The notes: generated by a model not told the origin, from the sequence alone. Numbered from the stretch's first letter, positions 1 to 8,476 are shown. The stretch is 22,968 nt of DNA from a virus (IMGVR_UViG_2541047936_000003); one strand, 5' to 3'. A program made the numbers and translations.

Positions 1-19
1 CTATTTGATAAATATTAAA

Positions 20-1315
20 TTAATTTTTCATTGCTTCGTTATGGGGCATGGTTGGGGCAAACTCGCTTAACTGTGTATTTAACAAAGCTACCTGTGCATT
101 ATTGTTTTCAGACATCCATTTTCCGTATACCTGAAATACCATTTGCGCATCTGCATGGCCCATCTGGTTTGCTATAAATGCCGGGTTAGCACCAGCTGTC
201 AGCGACCAGCAGGCATAAGTATGTCTCGACTGATATGATTTTCGATGGCGGAGTCCGGCACGTTTTATCGCTGCGTCCCACATCTGCCTTATTGAGTCAA
301 CGGTAAAATGGTCACCATAATTTTTTACTCTCGCTGACACTTCAGGTTGAAAAACAAAGGTGCATTTTTGTTTTTCTGTTCTGCCATACTCTCTGAGGTG
401 AACATCAATGATATGCTCTTTGCTCAGTCTCGTTAATGTCATCTGACTCCGGAGAGCGTCGATTGCTGGCTTAATAAGATGAATGACCCGATTGGTTCCC
501 GCCTGTGTTTTTGGTACCGTGAAACGGTCTTTTGCTAAATTTCTCCTGATCATCATTGTTCCATTTTTCAGATCTATGTCCTCCCATCCAAGTGCACACA
601 GCTCACCAGGGCGAACTCCAGTATAAACAGAAACACACCATAAATTTTTTGCTTGCTGATTTCTGCACGCATCGATAAGACGGATAAATTCTTCCCGCGA
701 AAGAGGATCCGGAATGGTTCTTGATTCCTTTAATGGCGAGATCCCCTTAAACGGATTATCTGCCAGGTAACCGTTATCAACACCAAACTGGAACACGGCG
801 TTAAGATTTGTCATGTAATTATTTACAGTTACAGCCGATCTCCCTGGTTGTGTAACAATATAGTTACTTTTGGGGATCTGGTATCCAGTCAGTAACTCTT
901 TACGAACCTCCAGTAATTTTTCTTTATTAATCGATGAGGCAAGATTTTTTTCACCGATTATGCTCAGGATATTTTTGATGACGGCACGGTATGTGTTGAG
1001 TGATGTTTTGGCGACTTCAGTTTCTTTCAGTGCCAGAAATTTTTCAGCCAGTTCTTTTATGGTTAAATCTTGTCGGGCCTCACCAAATTTTTCCAGATTG
1101 CGTGAGGAGGGAAACTGTTTTGCATAGTCGAAAACACCAGTTTTTATTGCGTAACAAACAGAGGAGCGTAGTTCACCTGCAACGCGCCTGTTTTTTGCTG
1201 TGTCAGGAACCCCCAGATTTTCCCTGACTCTTACGTCTTTATAAACAAACCAGATACGTAATTTCCCTCCATGGTTTTCCACGCCTGTCGGATATTTCAT
1301 TTCAACTTCTCTCAT
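20..1315 (-). CDS. phage tyrosine integrase (lambda-Int family site-specific recombinase)
   Basis: 431-aa ORF with a C-terminal catalytic region carrying a conserved Arg (VYTGVRPGE), an H-x-x-R box (SRHTYA) and a Tyr near the C-terminus (VYGKW); xis-like ORF directly upstream on the same strand. True start could be the second Met (MKYPTG) 15 nt downstream. Confidence 0.85.
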   Translation of the reverse strand: MREVEMKYPTGVENHGGKLRIWFVYKDVRVRENLGVPDTAKNRRVAGELRSSVCYAIKTGVFDYAKQFPSSRNLEKFGEARQDLTIKELAEKFLALKETEVAKTSLNTYRAVIKNILSIIGEKNLASSINKEKLLEVRKELLTGYQIPKSNYIVTQPGRSAVTVNNYMTNLNAVFQFGVDNGYLADNPFKGISPLKESRTIPDPLSREEFIRLIDACRNQQAKNLWCVSVYTGVRPGELCALGWEDIDLKNGTMMIRRNLAKDRFTVPKTQAGTNRVIHLIKPAIDALRSQMTLTRLSKEHIIDVHLREYGRTEKQKCTFVFQPEVSARVKNYGDHFTVDSIRQMWDAAIKRAGLRHRKSYQSRHTYACWSLTAGANPAFIANQMGHADAQMVFQVYGKWMSENNNAQVALLNTQLSEFAPTMPHNEAMKN

Positions 1316-1334
1316 TAGTTAGTGTGGCTTTTAG

Positions 1335-1586
1335 TCAAGTAAGATGACGTCTTGGTCTCGCTGATGCCTGGCGCTCAATCCAGCGATCAATTTCTTCCAG
1401 GTTGTAAAAGCATGGACTGTTATCCCATGGCATACCGTCATGAGCGACATGCTTATATTCCCTTCCTTCCATAAACGATTTTTCCCGGGCCTTTTTTAAC
1501 GTACCTTTTTTTATTCCTTTCAGCGCAATTAACTGCTCTTCGGATACCCATTTGCCGGGAGAGACAATCATGATTACTTCGCTCAT
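1335..1586 (-). CDS. excisionase-like small protein (putative Xis / recombination directionality factor)
   Basis: 83-aa basic ORF ending 20 nt upstream of the integrase start, the classic xis-int arrangement; no strong motif recognised. Confidence 0.45.
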   Translation of the reverse strand: MSEVIMIVSPGKWVSEEQLIALKGIKKGTLKKAREKSFMEGREYKHVAHDGMPWDNSPCFYNLEEIDRWIERQASARPRRHLT

Positions 1587-1658
1587 CGATTTCTTTATCT
1601 CTTACATCAGACGAGCGCCGGTTGCAGAATACCAGTCACAACCGGCGACAGTTGAACA

Positions 1659-2429
1659 TTAAGAATCAGCCTGACTCGGGATCAGTTTTTGCCAGATAAC
1701 TGAAACGTATTTTGCCTGGTAACGGGCGTCATCAAGTGCATTATGGCGCTCACCTTCGAATGGAATAGCCGTTCTGGCATCGAAGTCTATGGCTTTCCCC
1801 AGCTCAACGATTGTGCGTACATCGCGATCGTTGTAGTAACGCCACGGGCAGGGGATCCCCTGCCGTTCGTATGAACGGCGCAAAATCGTGTTGTCGAAGT
1901 TGGCTCCATTTCCCCAAACCTGAACAAAAAATTCACCGGAGTTTTCGTCGATAAATTCTCGCAATTGTAACAGTGCATCATCTAACGGGATTTCATCGGT
2001 CATAATGGCAGATTGCGCTTCGCGTGATTGCTTAAGCCACCATTTAATGGTGTCCCGATCAATGACTCCGCCAGCAGTTTCCAGATCGATAGTCTTACTA
2101 AATTCCGGTCCCATATCTCCGGTTTGCGGATCGAAAAATATTGCACCTATTGAGATGATCGGGGCATCAGGATTTTTTCCCATGGTTTCAAGGTCGATCA
2201 TTAGATGGTCACACGTCCTGCTGGTGGATGTGATTTCGTGATGACCGTTCACCTTAATTGGGTGATCTGCCGTCTCGCCAGTTTCATTATCGCTATTGTG
2301 ATGCTGATTGCCGCCAGTGTTCTCCTTGTGTGGATGTTCAGCGCCTTCCATTTCCTCCGGATCATCTTCCTGAACTTCAACCTGATACTCTTCATCGAAT
2401 GTTTCTTGGTATGTTGCGTCGCCCATCAC
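1659..2429 (-). CDS. DEDDh-type (DnaQ-like) 3'-5' exonuclease with acidic N-terminal extension
   Basis: Exo motifs in translation: Exo [10 protein letters not shown], Exo [14 protein letters not shown], Exo [16 protein letters not shown]; the first ~75 aa are Asp/Glu/His-rich and low-complexity. Confidence 0.7.
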   Translation of the reverse strand: MMGDATYQETFDEEYQVEVQEDDPEEMEGAEHPHKENTGGNQHHNSDNETGETADHPIKVNGHHEITSTSRTCDHLMIDLETMGKNPDAPIISIGAIFFDPQTGDMGPEFSKTIDLETAGGVIDRDTIKWWLKQSREAQSAIMTDEIPLDDALLQLREFIDENSGEFFVQVWGNGANFDNTILRRSYERQGIPCPWRYYNDRDVRTIVELGKAIDFDARTAIPFEGERHNALDDARYQAKYVSVIWQKLIPSQADS

Positions 2430-2507
2430 CGCGCCACAATCAGGGCAGTTGCCGCCGCCGGTCTGTGAACCGCCCCGGGTTTCCTGGAGAGTGTTTTATC
2501 TGTGAAC

Positions 2508-3398
2508 TCAGGCTGCCAGATCATCGTTTCCGATGGAAGCATAATAAGCTTTTTCTGCTTCTGCCGGAGGAGTATGGCCCAGCCTTTCCAGCAATCGTCG
2601 ATTGTTATACCAGTCCACCCACGTGAGTGTGGCCAGTTCCACTTCTGCACGGTTTTTCCAGCTCTTACGGTGTATTACCTCCGCTTTGTAAAGACCATTG
2701 ATGCTCTCCGCCATCGCGTTGTCATACGAGTCGCCTGTACTTCCTGTTGATGCCAGTAATCCGGCTTCCTTAAGCCGCTGTGTGTAGGCCAGCGATACAT
2801 ACTGAGAACCTTTATCACTGTGATGGACCGTGCCGGACGGTCGACGGGCCCATAACGCCTGCTCCAGTGCATCCAGCACGAATGTCGTTTCCATGGACGA
2901 TGAGACCCGCCACCCCACGATGTATCCGGCAAACACATCAATGATGAACGCCACATAGACGAAGCCCCGCCATGTGCTGACGTAAGTAAAATCAGCCACC
3001 CACAGCTGGTCAGGTCGTTCTGCCACGAACTGACGGTTTACGCGGTCGCCTGCGGCAACGGCTTTCCGGCTGATGGTCGTACGGACCTTTTTACCCCGGA
3101 GAACACCGGCAAGTCCCATAACCGCCATGAGGCGCGCCACTGTACATCTGGCCACCCTGATTCCTTCCCGTAACAACTGACGCCAGACTTTACGCACACC
3201 GTACACCTGATGATTTTCATCGTATACGCGCTGTATCTCTCTCTTCAGCCAGTCATCGTGCTGCGCACGGGCACTGCGTTTATCCGGATGATGTCGCTGT
3301 TGCTGACAATGGTAATACGTTGACGGGGCAATATGCAGTTCGCTGCATACCGGTCCGACCCCGTACTGCTCACGCAGCTTATCCAGCAGTGGCATCAT
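2508..3398 (-). CDS. IS629 transposase OrfB (DDE / rve catalytic domain)
   Basis: 296-aa ORF immediately downstream of and overlapping OrfA in the -1 frame, the IS3-family layout; integrase-core-like sequence. Confidence 0.85.
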   Translation of the reverse strand: MMPLLDKLREQYGVGPVCSELHIAPSTYYHCQQQRHHPDKRSARAQHDDWLKREIQRVYDENHQVYGVRKVWRQLLREGIRVARCTVARLMAVMGLAGVLRGKKVRTTISRKAVAAGDRVNRQFVAERPDQLWVADFTYVSTWRGFVYVAFIIDVFAGYIVGWRVSSSMETTFVLDALEQALWARRPSGTVHHSDKGSQYVSLAYTQRLKEAGLLASTGSTGDSYDNAMAESINGLYKAEVIHRKSWKNRAEVELATLTWVDWYNNRRLLERLGHTPPAEAEKAYYASIGNDDLAA

Positions 3399-3721
3399 TT
3401 TTTCCAGAGGCGGTCGAACTCCGCCTTCGCAAAATAAGCGGAAGCCTGGCGAAGGATATCGTTACTGCGGCGCAGTTCACGATTTTCACGTTCCAGCTCT
3501 TTCAGACGCTGACGTTCAGCGCTGGTGAGCCCACCATCACCGCCCCCGGTATCCCGCTCATGCTGGCGAACCCAGACACGCAGAGTCTCCGGCGTACAGC
3601 CAATCTTTGGGGCAATGGAACAAATTGCCGCCCACTGTGAGTCATATTCATCCTGACTTTCCAGAACCATACGGACTGCCCGTTGACGGACTTCGGGGGA
3701 AAAACGAGTATTTTTAGTCAT
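3395..3721 (-). CDS. IS629 transposase OrfA (HTH DNA-binding; leucine-zipper region)
   Basis: 108-aa ORF starting [23 protein letters not shown], recognised as IS629/IS1203 OrfA; an A6 run (minus strand, 3398-3403) at the OrfA/OrfB overlap fits a programmed -1 frameshift site. Confidence 0.85.
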   Translation of the reverse strand: MTKNTRFSPEVRQRAVRMVLESQDEYDSQWAAICSIAPKIGCTPETLRVWVRQHERDTGGGDGGLTSAERQRLKELERENRELRRSNDILRQASAYFAKAEFDRLWKK

Positions 3722-3838
3722 CCTGTTTACCTCTTTCTCAGGAAGTTTAGTCTCCAGGATTCCCGGGGCGGTTCAGAAGAGCGAAGTTATGCAGCGCATA
3801 CTGGCTTTCTATCAGGGTAATTTTCAGGACGTGGCGCA

Positions 3839-4285
3839 GTGAGTGCACCGGCAACCATTCTTGATATGTGCTGTGGCAGCCGCATGTTCTGGTTCGATAA
3901 GTCTGACGAACGGGCGATATTCAGCGATATCAGAAAAGAAGGATACACATTACGCAATGGGAGACGCTTGATTATCAGCCCTGACATTATCGCAGATTTT
4001 CGTGCATTATCATTTGCAGACGCATCTTTTTCGATGGTTGTATTAGACCCTCCGCATCTTGAGAGTGTTGGTGATAACGCCTGGATGGGAAAGAAATATG
4101 GACGGCTGAATAAAGATGCCTGGCGTGATGATTCGCGACAGAGATTTAAAGAAGCCTTTCGGGTGTTGAGGCCGCACGGCGTTCTGATTTTTTAATGGAA
4201 TGAAACGCAAATACCGGTAAGCCAGATTCTGGCACTGACAGACAGAAAACCTGTTATCTGTCAACGAACAGGGAAAAAACGATAA
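3839..4285 (+). pseudogene. SAM-dependent (DNA) methyltransferase-like gene interrupted by an in-frame TAA
   Basis: Translation has a motif-I-like DMCCGS and a motif-IV-like VVLDPPHL (DPP[YFWH] class); in-frame TAA at 4193-4195 followed by 29 more open codons to TAA at 4283-4285; start is GTG 3839 or ATG 3866. Confidence 0.45.
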
Positions 4286-4457
4286 AACCCACTGGATTAT
4301 TTTTATGAAAGAGGCATCCAGTGAGTAGATTCGTAAGGCTACAGATACGTATATCTGAATAATTAAATTCAGTTCTGTAAATAAAATTTAATCCTTAACC
4401 GGATGGATTTCTGCACCCTCAGAACATCAGGAGGCCGCCCGAAAGGGCGGTAGTGAA

Positions 4458-4640
4458 ATGCGAAAGTTCAAAATTATTATTGAAACGGGAATAGCTGGTG
4501 GAGATTTTGAGGATGTATTCGAAGTGGACGATGACGCAACACCTGAGGAAATTCATGACGGAGCATAAGAAATTTTCTTTAACTACTGCAATTACTCATA
4601 CCACGAAATAAAAGACGATGAGGAAGAACAAAGTGGCTGA
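4458..4640 (+). pseudogene. hypothetical small acidic protein, in-frame TAA at 4566
   Basis: ATG 4458 sits behind a GC hairpin with a GAAA loop; 36 codons, TAA at 4566-4568, then 23 open codons to TGA at 4638-4640. Confidence 0.3.
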
Positions 4641-4692
4641 TTTTTGTTCAGCTAAATATAACATCAGTTTTGAAGAGCGGGATGAACTATTA

Positions 4693-4809
4693 ATGGACTA
4701 TGGTGAGTTACGCGGTGGAAGTGCTGCTGATGTCGAATCCTAGCGTGATGACTATGAAGCGGGAAAAACTCCGGTCGAAGCATATTGTGATGAGTGGGGC
4801 GATGAATGA
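4693..4809 (+). pseudogene. hypothetical small protein, in-frame TAG at 4741
   Basis: 16 codons, TAG at 4741-4743, then 21 open codons to TGA at 4807-4809; its stop overlaps the next ORF's start (ATGA), suggesting translational coupling. Confidence 0.25.
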
Positions 4810-5093
4810 GCGAGATTAATTATCAGGAAGGGCATGAAACGGCGGGGCAAGCAAAACCAGTGGCATGGCGATATCGCTACGTGAAAAAAGGCGTTACGGA
4901 CTTTCAGGGGAAGTAGTGGTCTGGTGACTGGAAATATGTACCGAAAAAAGAGGATTGTAACGACAGGCCGAACTATCAAATTCAGGCCTTATTCACTGCC
5001 TCACCAGTCCCAGTTACATCAGAAGAACTGGTTAAAGCTGTGCACTTTTATGAACAACTAAAACGCGAAAATCCACCAACATCCGGCAACTAG
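4806..5093 (+). pseudogene. hypothetical protein, in-frame TAG at 4914
   Basis: 36 codons (MSEINYQEGHE...), TAG at 4914-4916, then 58 open codons containing no ATG before the stop at 5091-5093, which argues the downstream stretch is a continuation and not a separate gene. Confidence 0.35.
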
Positions 5094-5347
5094 ATTAATG
5101 GATTAACTATGTCGGTTAAACGACCAGCCAACTGAAAAAGCGGAAACCTGATTACAGGTTGCCAGATAAGGCAATGAGCTACCTGGCGCGGAACGGACTG
5201 ATAAGTATGGGGAATGTTTTACGATGAACCTTTAGACTAAAGAGTTTGTAACGCTATGTAAGTGATTTTTTCTGGTTTAGATATTTATATGTCCGGCCAA
5301 ATTGAGGTGTGTTTAAATGTAATTGCACATTGATTGTAGGAGGAATA

Positions 5348-5527
5348 ATGAAAAACGCATTGCAGTTTTTGTTTGTTGCGTTCTGGTTGTTCGCATCATG
5401 TATGCCCATCATCTTCACAGCAAGGTATATGGAAAAAGTTGATGTTTTGATATTAATATTTGGATATATAAATGCCCTTTTTTTAGGGGTGTTCATGGCG
5501 GTCATGTGCATTGAATACTGGCGGTAA
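5348..5527 (+). CDS. small hydrophobic membrane protein (59 aa, two predicted TM helices)
   Basis: Strong SD GTAGGAGGA at 5336-5344 placed 3-4 nt before ATG 5348; translation MKNALQFLFVAFWLFASCMPIIF...LILIFGYINALFLGVFMAVMCIEYWR is two hydrophobic segments. Confidence 0.5.
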   Translation: MKNALQFLFVAFWLFASCMPIIFTARYMEKVDVLILIFGYINALFLGVFMAVMCIEYWR

Positions 5528-5861
5528 ATACAGCGAACTCCATTGGTTTAGTTGGATATTTACTGTGCTGGACAAAAACGGTTTGCGGGGAAATCTTAGT
5601 TAAGTAGAATGACTGCGGGTGCTTGAGGCTATCTGCCTCGGGCATGGACACCAACGGCAGATAGAGAAAAGCCCCAGTTAACATTACGCGTCCTGCAAGA
5701 CGCTTAACATTAATCTGAGGCCAATTTCATGCTAGACACATGTAGGTTAGCCTCTTAGGTGCCGAAAGGCACGGAGAAGCAGGCTATTGTTAACACCAAG
5801 CTGTAATGTCCCCTTTGAACCATTCTAAAATGTCCCCAGACAATTCTCTGGGGGATTTTTC

Positions 5862-7175
5862 ATGATCAAAGAGACTGTTACGATGAGTCATAAGGAACTC
5901 CACCGACTTCAGATTATTCAGGAACAAGCTGCGGCACGCATTGGCATTTCTATTCGGCAGGTTAAACGTCTGGTGCAACGGTATAGAAATGAAGGGCCTT
6001 CTGGTCTGGTTTCCCACCGACGTGGAAAGCGTCCTAATAATTCCTTTTCTACTGAATTCAGAGCAACAGTAATTTCACTCCTCAAAGGCCGTTACGCTGA
6101 TTTTGGACCTACGTTTGCGTGCGAAAAATTGCGCGAGATACACGGTTTATCTTTATCCGTTGAAACTCTCAGAAAGTGGATGATAGAAGAGGGGTTATGG
6201 CGTGAACGCCGTCGTAAAATTGCCCGTATATATCAACGCCGCATGCGACGACCATCTTACGGTGAACTGATCCAGATTGATGGCTCACCTCATGACTGGT
6301 TTGAAAATCGAGGCCCCAGATGTACACTGATCGTTTTCATTGATGATGCCACCAGTGCGTTGATGGCGTTGCGTTTTGTGCCTGCTGAAACAACCCGGGC
6401 TTACATGGAAACCCTCCGGGGTTACCTTAATGATCATGGCGTACCGCTCGCTCTCTACTCTGATAGACACAGTATATTCAGGGTAAATAACCCAGAGCGG
6501 GAAGGTGAGCTGACCCAGTTCACTCGTGCGATAAAGACACTGGGCATCGAGCCAATCCATGCCAACAGCCCGCAGGCAAAAGGGCGGGTAGAGCGCGCCA
6601 ATCAGACACTACAGGACAGGCTGGTCAAAGAAATGCGGCTTCAGAATATCAGTGATATTGAAACAGCAAATGCATGGTTGCCGACCTTTATTGAAGCCTA
6701 TAACAACCGGTTCGCTACGTCGCCTCGTACTACTGATAATGCTCATCTTGATGTGCACCATTCTGAAGAGGAACTGGGTTATATCTTCAGCCTACAGGCG
6801 AAGCGCGTTCTGTCTAAAAATCTCACTTTCCAGTACAAAAGCAGTGCGTTTCAGGTACGCAGTGAGGGCCGGGGATATCGACTTAGGCATTCGGTTGTTA
6901 CTGTATGCGAGAACTTTGACGGTGAAATTAACGTTCTGTATGACGGGAAAGCGCTGGGCTGGGAAAAGTATGTTGATGGCCCGGAGCCTATACCACTGGA
7001 TGATGAAAAGAGTGTCCATGAACGAGTGGATAATGCCCGTATTGATTTACGCTCAAAATACTATGTTAAACCTAAAGCTGACCATCCCTGGCTTACGCGC
7101 CGAACGCAAAGTCATCAGCAAGTTAAGCCCCCGAAGTTACCTAAAAAGAAGCCTGATCCCGATAAAAAAGATTGA
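5862..7175 (+). CDS. DDE-type transposase/integrase (rve core with N-terminal HTH; IS481/ISNCY-like)
   Basis: 437-aa ORF; N-terminal HTH-like segment (ARIGISIRQVKRLV), catalytic-core-like segments (IQIDGSPHDWF, LYSDRHSIF, RVERANQTLQD) and a Lys/Pro-rich C-terminal tail. Element ends not identified. Confidence 0.8.
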   Translation: MIKETVTMSHKELHRLQIIQEQAAARIGISIRQVKRLVQRYRNEGPSGLVSHRRGKRPNNSFSTEFRATVISLLKGRYADFGPTFACEKLREIHGLSLSVETLRKWMIEEGLWRERRRKIARIYQRRMRRPSYGELIQIDGSPHDWFENRGPRCTLIVFIDDATSALMALRFVPAETTRAYMETLRGYLNDHGVPLALYSDRHSIFRVNNPEREGELTQFTRAIKTLGIEPIHANSPQAKGRVERANQTLQDRLVKEMRLQNISDIETANAWLPTFIEAYNNRFATSPRTTDNAHLDVHHSEEELGYIFSLQAKRVLSKNLTFQYKSSAFQVRSEGRGYRLRHSVVTVCENFDGEINVLYDGKALGWEKYVDGPEPIPLDDEKSVHERVDNARIDLRSKYYVKPKADHPWLTRRTQSHQQVKPPKLPKKKPDPDKKD

Positions 7176-7611
7176 AACCAAGATCGATTCGGTTGAGTGC
7201 ATATCCATTCATAGGGTAGATTCTTAAGTCGCGTTTCTGGTGTTCATTTTCGGGTGGTTTGTTACTTGTTTTACCGGGGATATGCCAGAAACGCGCTGAG
7301 TCAGTCTGGGCGGTGCGCGTAATGAGGCGTTATGGTAAATAGCCTATGCTAATGTCCGCTAAGAGCAAGAAGCGGAAGTTGGCAGTTTTGTGGACTGTCC
7401 CCACAAAAGTGACTACAGAAATAGTTGCAATTCATAATTGATCATGGGTTGTCAGTTAAACTCGTGGCGATTTAAATAGACTAATTGGGAGTGCGTCCAT
7501 TACTTATATCTTGTAATGTTAACTATCAGAAATGATACAAAGATAATATGTCTTTAAAGAAAAGGCTGATGGCGAAAAGTGGCCCGATGAGGGCCACAAT
7601 ACGGCTGTCAC

Positions 7612-7944
7612 TTAGACGTAAATATCAATGGTGCCAGCGGTATTTGTATCGTCTTTTTTCTCTTCTTTTTTATCAGGCTGAACTGTCGCGTCTTCATTCT
7701 TTTTCTCTGCCTGCTGCCTTAACAACTGCTCCAGTTGAGCCCAGAGGCTTTCAATTTGCTTCTGTACCAATGCAGCCATTTCTTTTTTCTGCTGTGTCGT
7801 CATCCCCTCTTCCGATGAGATTTTCCCAAGCTTTTCAGTCAGCACCTGAATTTGTCTTGTGATTTTGGCTATTTCTGATGTTCCTTCCGGGGCGGAGTTG
7901 TTTGAAATAACGGTTGAGGTATTTCCCTGAATTGTGACAGACAT
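7612..7944 (-). CDS. flxA: FlxA-like protein (flagellar-regulon member of Qin prophage)
   Basis: 110-aa ORF recognised as FlxA; good SD (AAAGGAGAAATCT-ATG on the minus strand); sigma-28 promoter immediately upstream. Confidence 0.85.
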   Translation of the reverse strand: MSVTIQGNTSTVISNNSAPEGTSEIAKITRQIQVLTEKLGKISSEEGMTTQQKKEMAALVQKQIESLWAQLEQLLRQQAEKKNEDATVQPDKKEEKKDDTNTAGTIDIYV

Positions 7945-7967
7945 AGATTTCTCCTTTTAAAAAAGCA

Positions 7968-7994
7968 CTATCGGCATGCACAAAAAAATCTTTA
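7968..7994 (-). promoter_or_regulatory. sigma-28 (FliA) class-3 promoter for flxA
   Basis: Minus strand reads TAAAGATT-N11-GCCGATAG against consensus TAAAGTTT-N11-GCCGATAA, about 24 nt upstream of the flxA ATG. Confidence 0.55.
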
Positions 7995-8146
7995 ATCGTA
8001 TTTCTTGTGTCATTAATTGTTTGATGTTCAGATTGTTTTCCTCGCGGGCTGGCGCGCCTCAGAAAGTAAAGCTTGTTGACAGGGGTAAACGTTCGGCAAT
8101 AATTTTCTGCCGCATGCGGGTGTTGCATAAAACGTGTTACGTTCCT

Positions 8147-8452
8147 TTATCGACAGGTCAGGTCACCGCTCACCCGCCGACGAGAAAGCAACACTGACAT
8201 GCTAAAGCAAAAAATAGATGAATAAGTTGAGTTGTGCATATGTAGCCTGACCGTCACAAAGTATATGGTGTCTGTACCAGTAAGATGATGGCCGGACTCT
8301 TTAAAAACGAGCTGACCTGCACAATACAGGATGGACTTAGCAATGGCTGCTCCTGGCACAAAGCGGACAGTGATCACTGTTCTTACGACTACTTTCTGAC
8401 TTCCTTCGTGACTTGCCCTAAGCATGTTGTAGTGCGATACTTGTAATGACAT
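8147..8452 (-). CDS. ydfV: YdfV-like uncharacterised prophage protein
   Basis: 101-aa ORF lying between flxA and relB as in K-12 Qin; no functional motif recognised. Confidence 0.5.
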   Translation of the reverse strand: MSLQVSHYNMLRASHEGSQKVVVRTVITVRFVPGAAIAKSILYCAGQLVFKESGHHLTGTDTIYFVTVRLHMHNSTYSSIFCFSMSVLLSRRRVSGDLTCR

Positions 8453-8464
8453 TTGTAATTACAA
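8441..8464 (+). promoter_or_regulatory. relBE operator (relO) palindromes in the promoter region
   Basis: TTGTAATGACATTTGTAATTACAA, including the perfect palindrome TTGTAATTACAA, ending 12 nt upstream of the relB ATG. Confidence 0.6.
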
Positions 8465-8476
8465 GAGGTGTAAGAC

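Larger units (their letters stand above)
2466..3775 (-). mobile_element. IS629 (IS3 family) insertion sequence, about 1310 bp
   Basis: Imperfect terminal inverted repeats TGAACCGCCCCGGG(TTT/AAT)CCTGGAGA at 2466-2490 and, reverse-complemented, at 3751-3775; encloses OrfA and OrfB; flanks CTG / GAA do not form a target-site duplication. Confidence 0.85.

Noticed and set aside
870-1227. Two plus-strand ORFs of 85 and 75 aa
   Set aside because: Antisense to the integrase gene; shadow ORFs.
2205-2750. Several plus-strand ORFs overlapping the exonuclease gene and IS629
   Set aside because: Overlap stronger opposite-strand genes with clear motifs (exonuclease, IS629 OrfB); low-complexity translations.
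5700-5800. tRNA-like structure near the GNRA hairpin at 5759-5772
   Set aside because: Only isolated hairpins; no cloverleaf with acceptor stem, T-loop (GTTCGA-like) and anticodon arm could be assembled.
4300-5860. dicF-like small RNA or dicB-like division inhibitor
   Set aside because: No sequence resembling the remembered dicF or DicB was found in this interval or elsewhere in the window; I cannot exclude divergent homologues without a search.
6652-7227. 191-aa ORF on the plus strand
   Set aside because: Lies in an alternate frame inside the 437-aa transposase gene; no independent ribosome-binding site or recognisable domain.
7548-7862. 104-aa plus-strand ORF
   Set aside because: Antisense to flxA, which has a recognisable promoter, SD and terminator on the minus strand.
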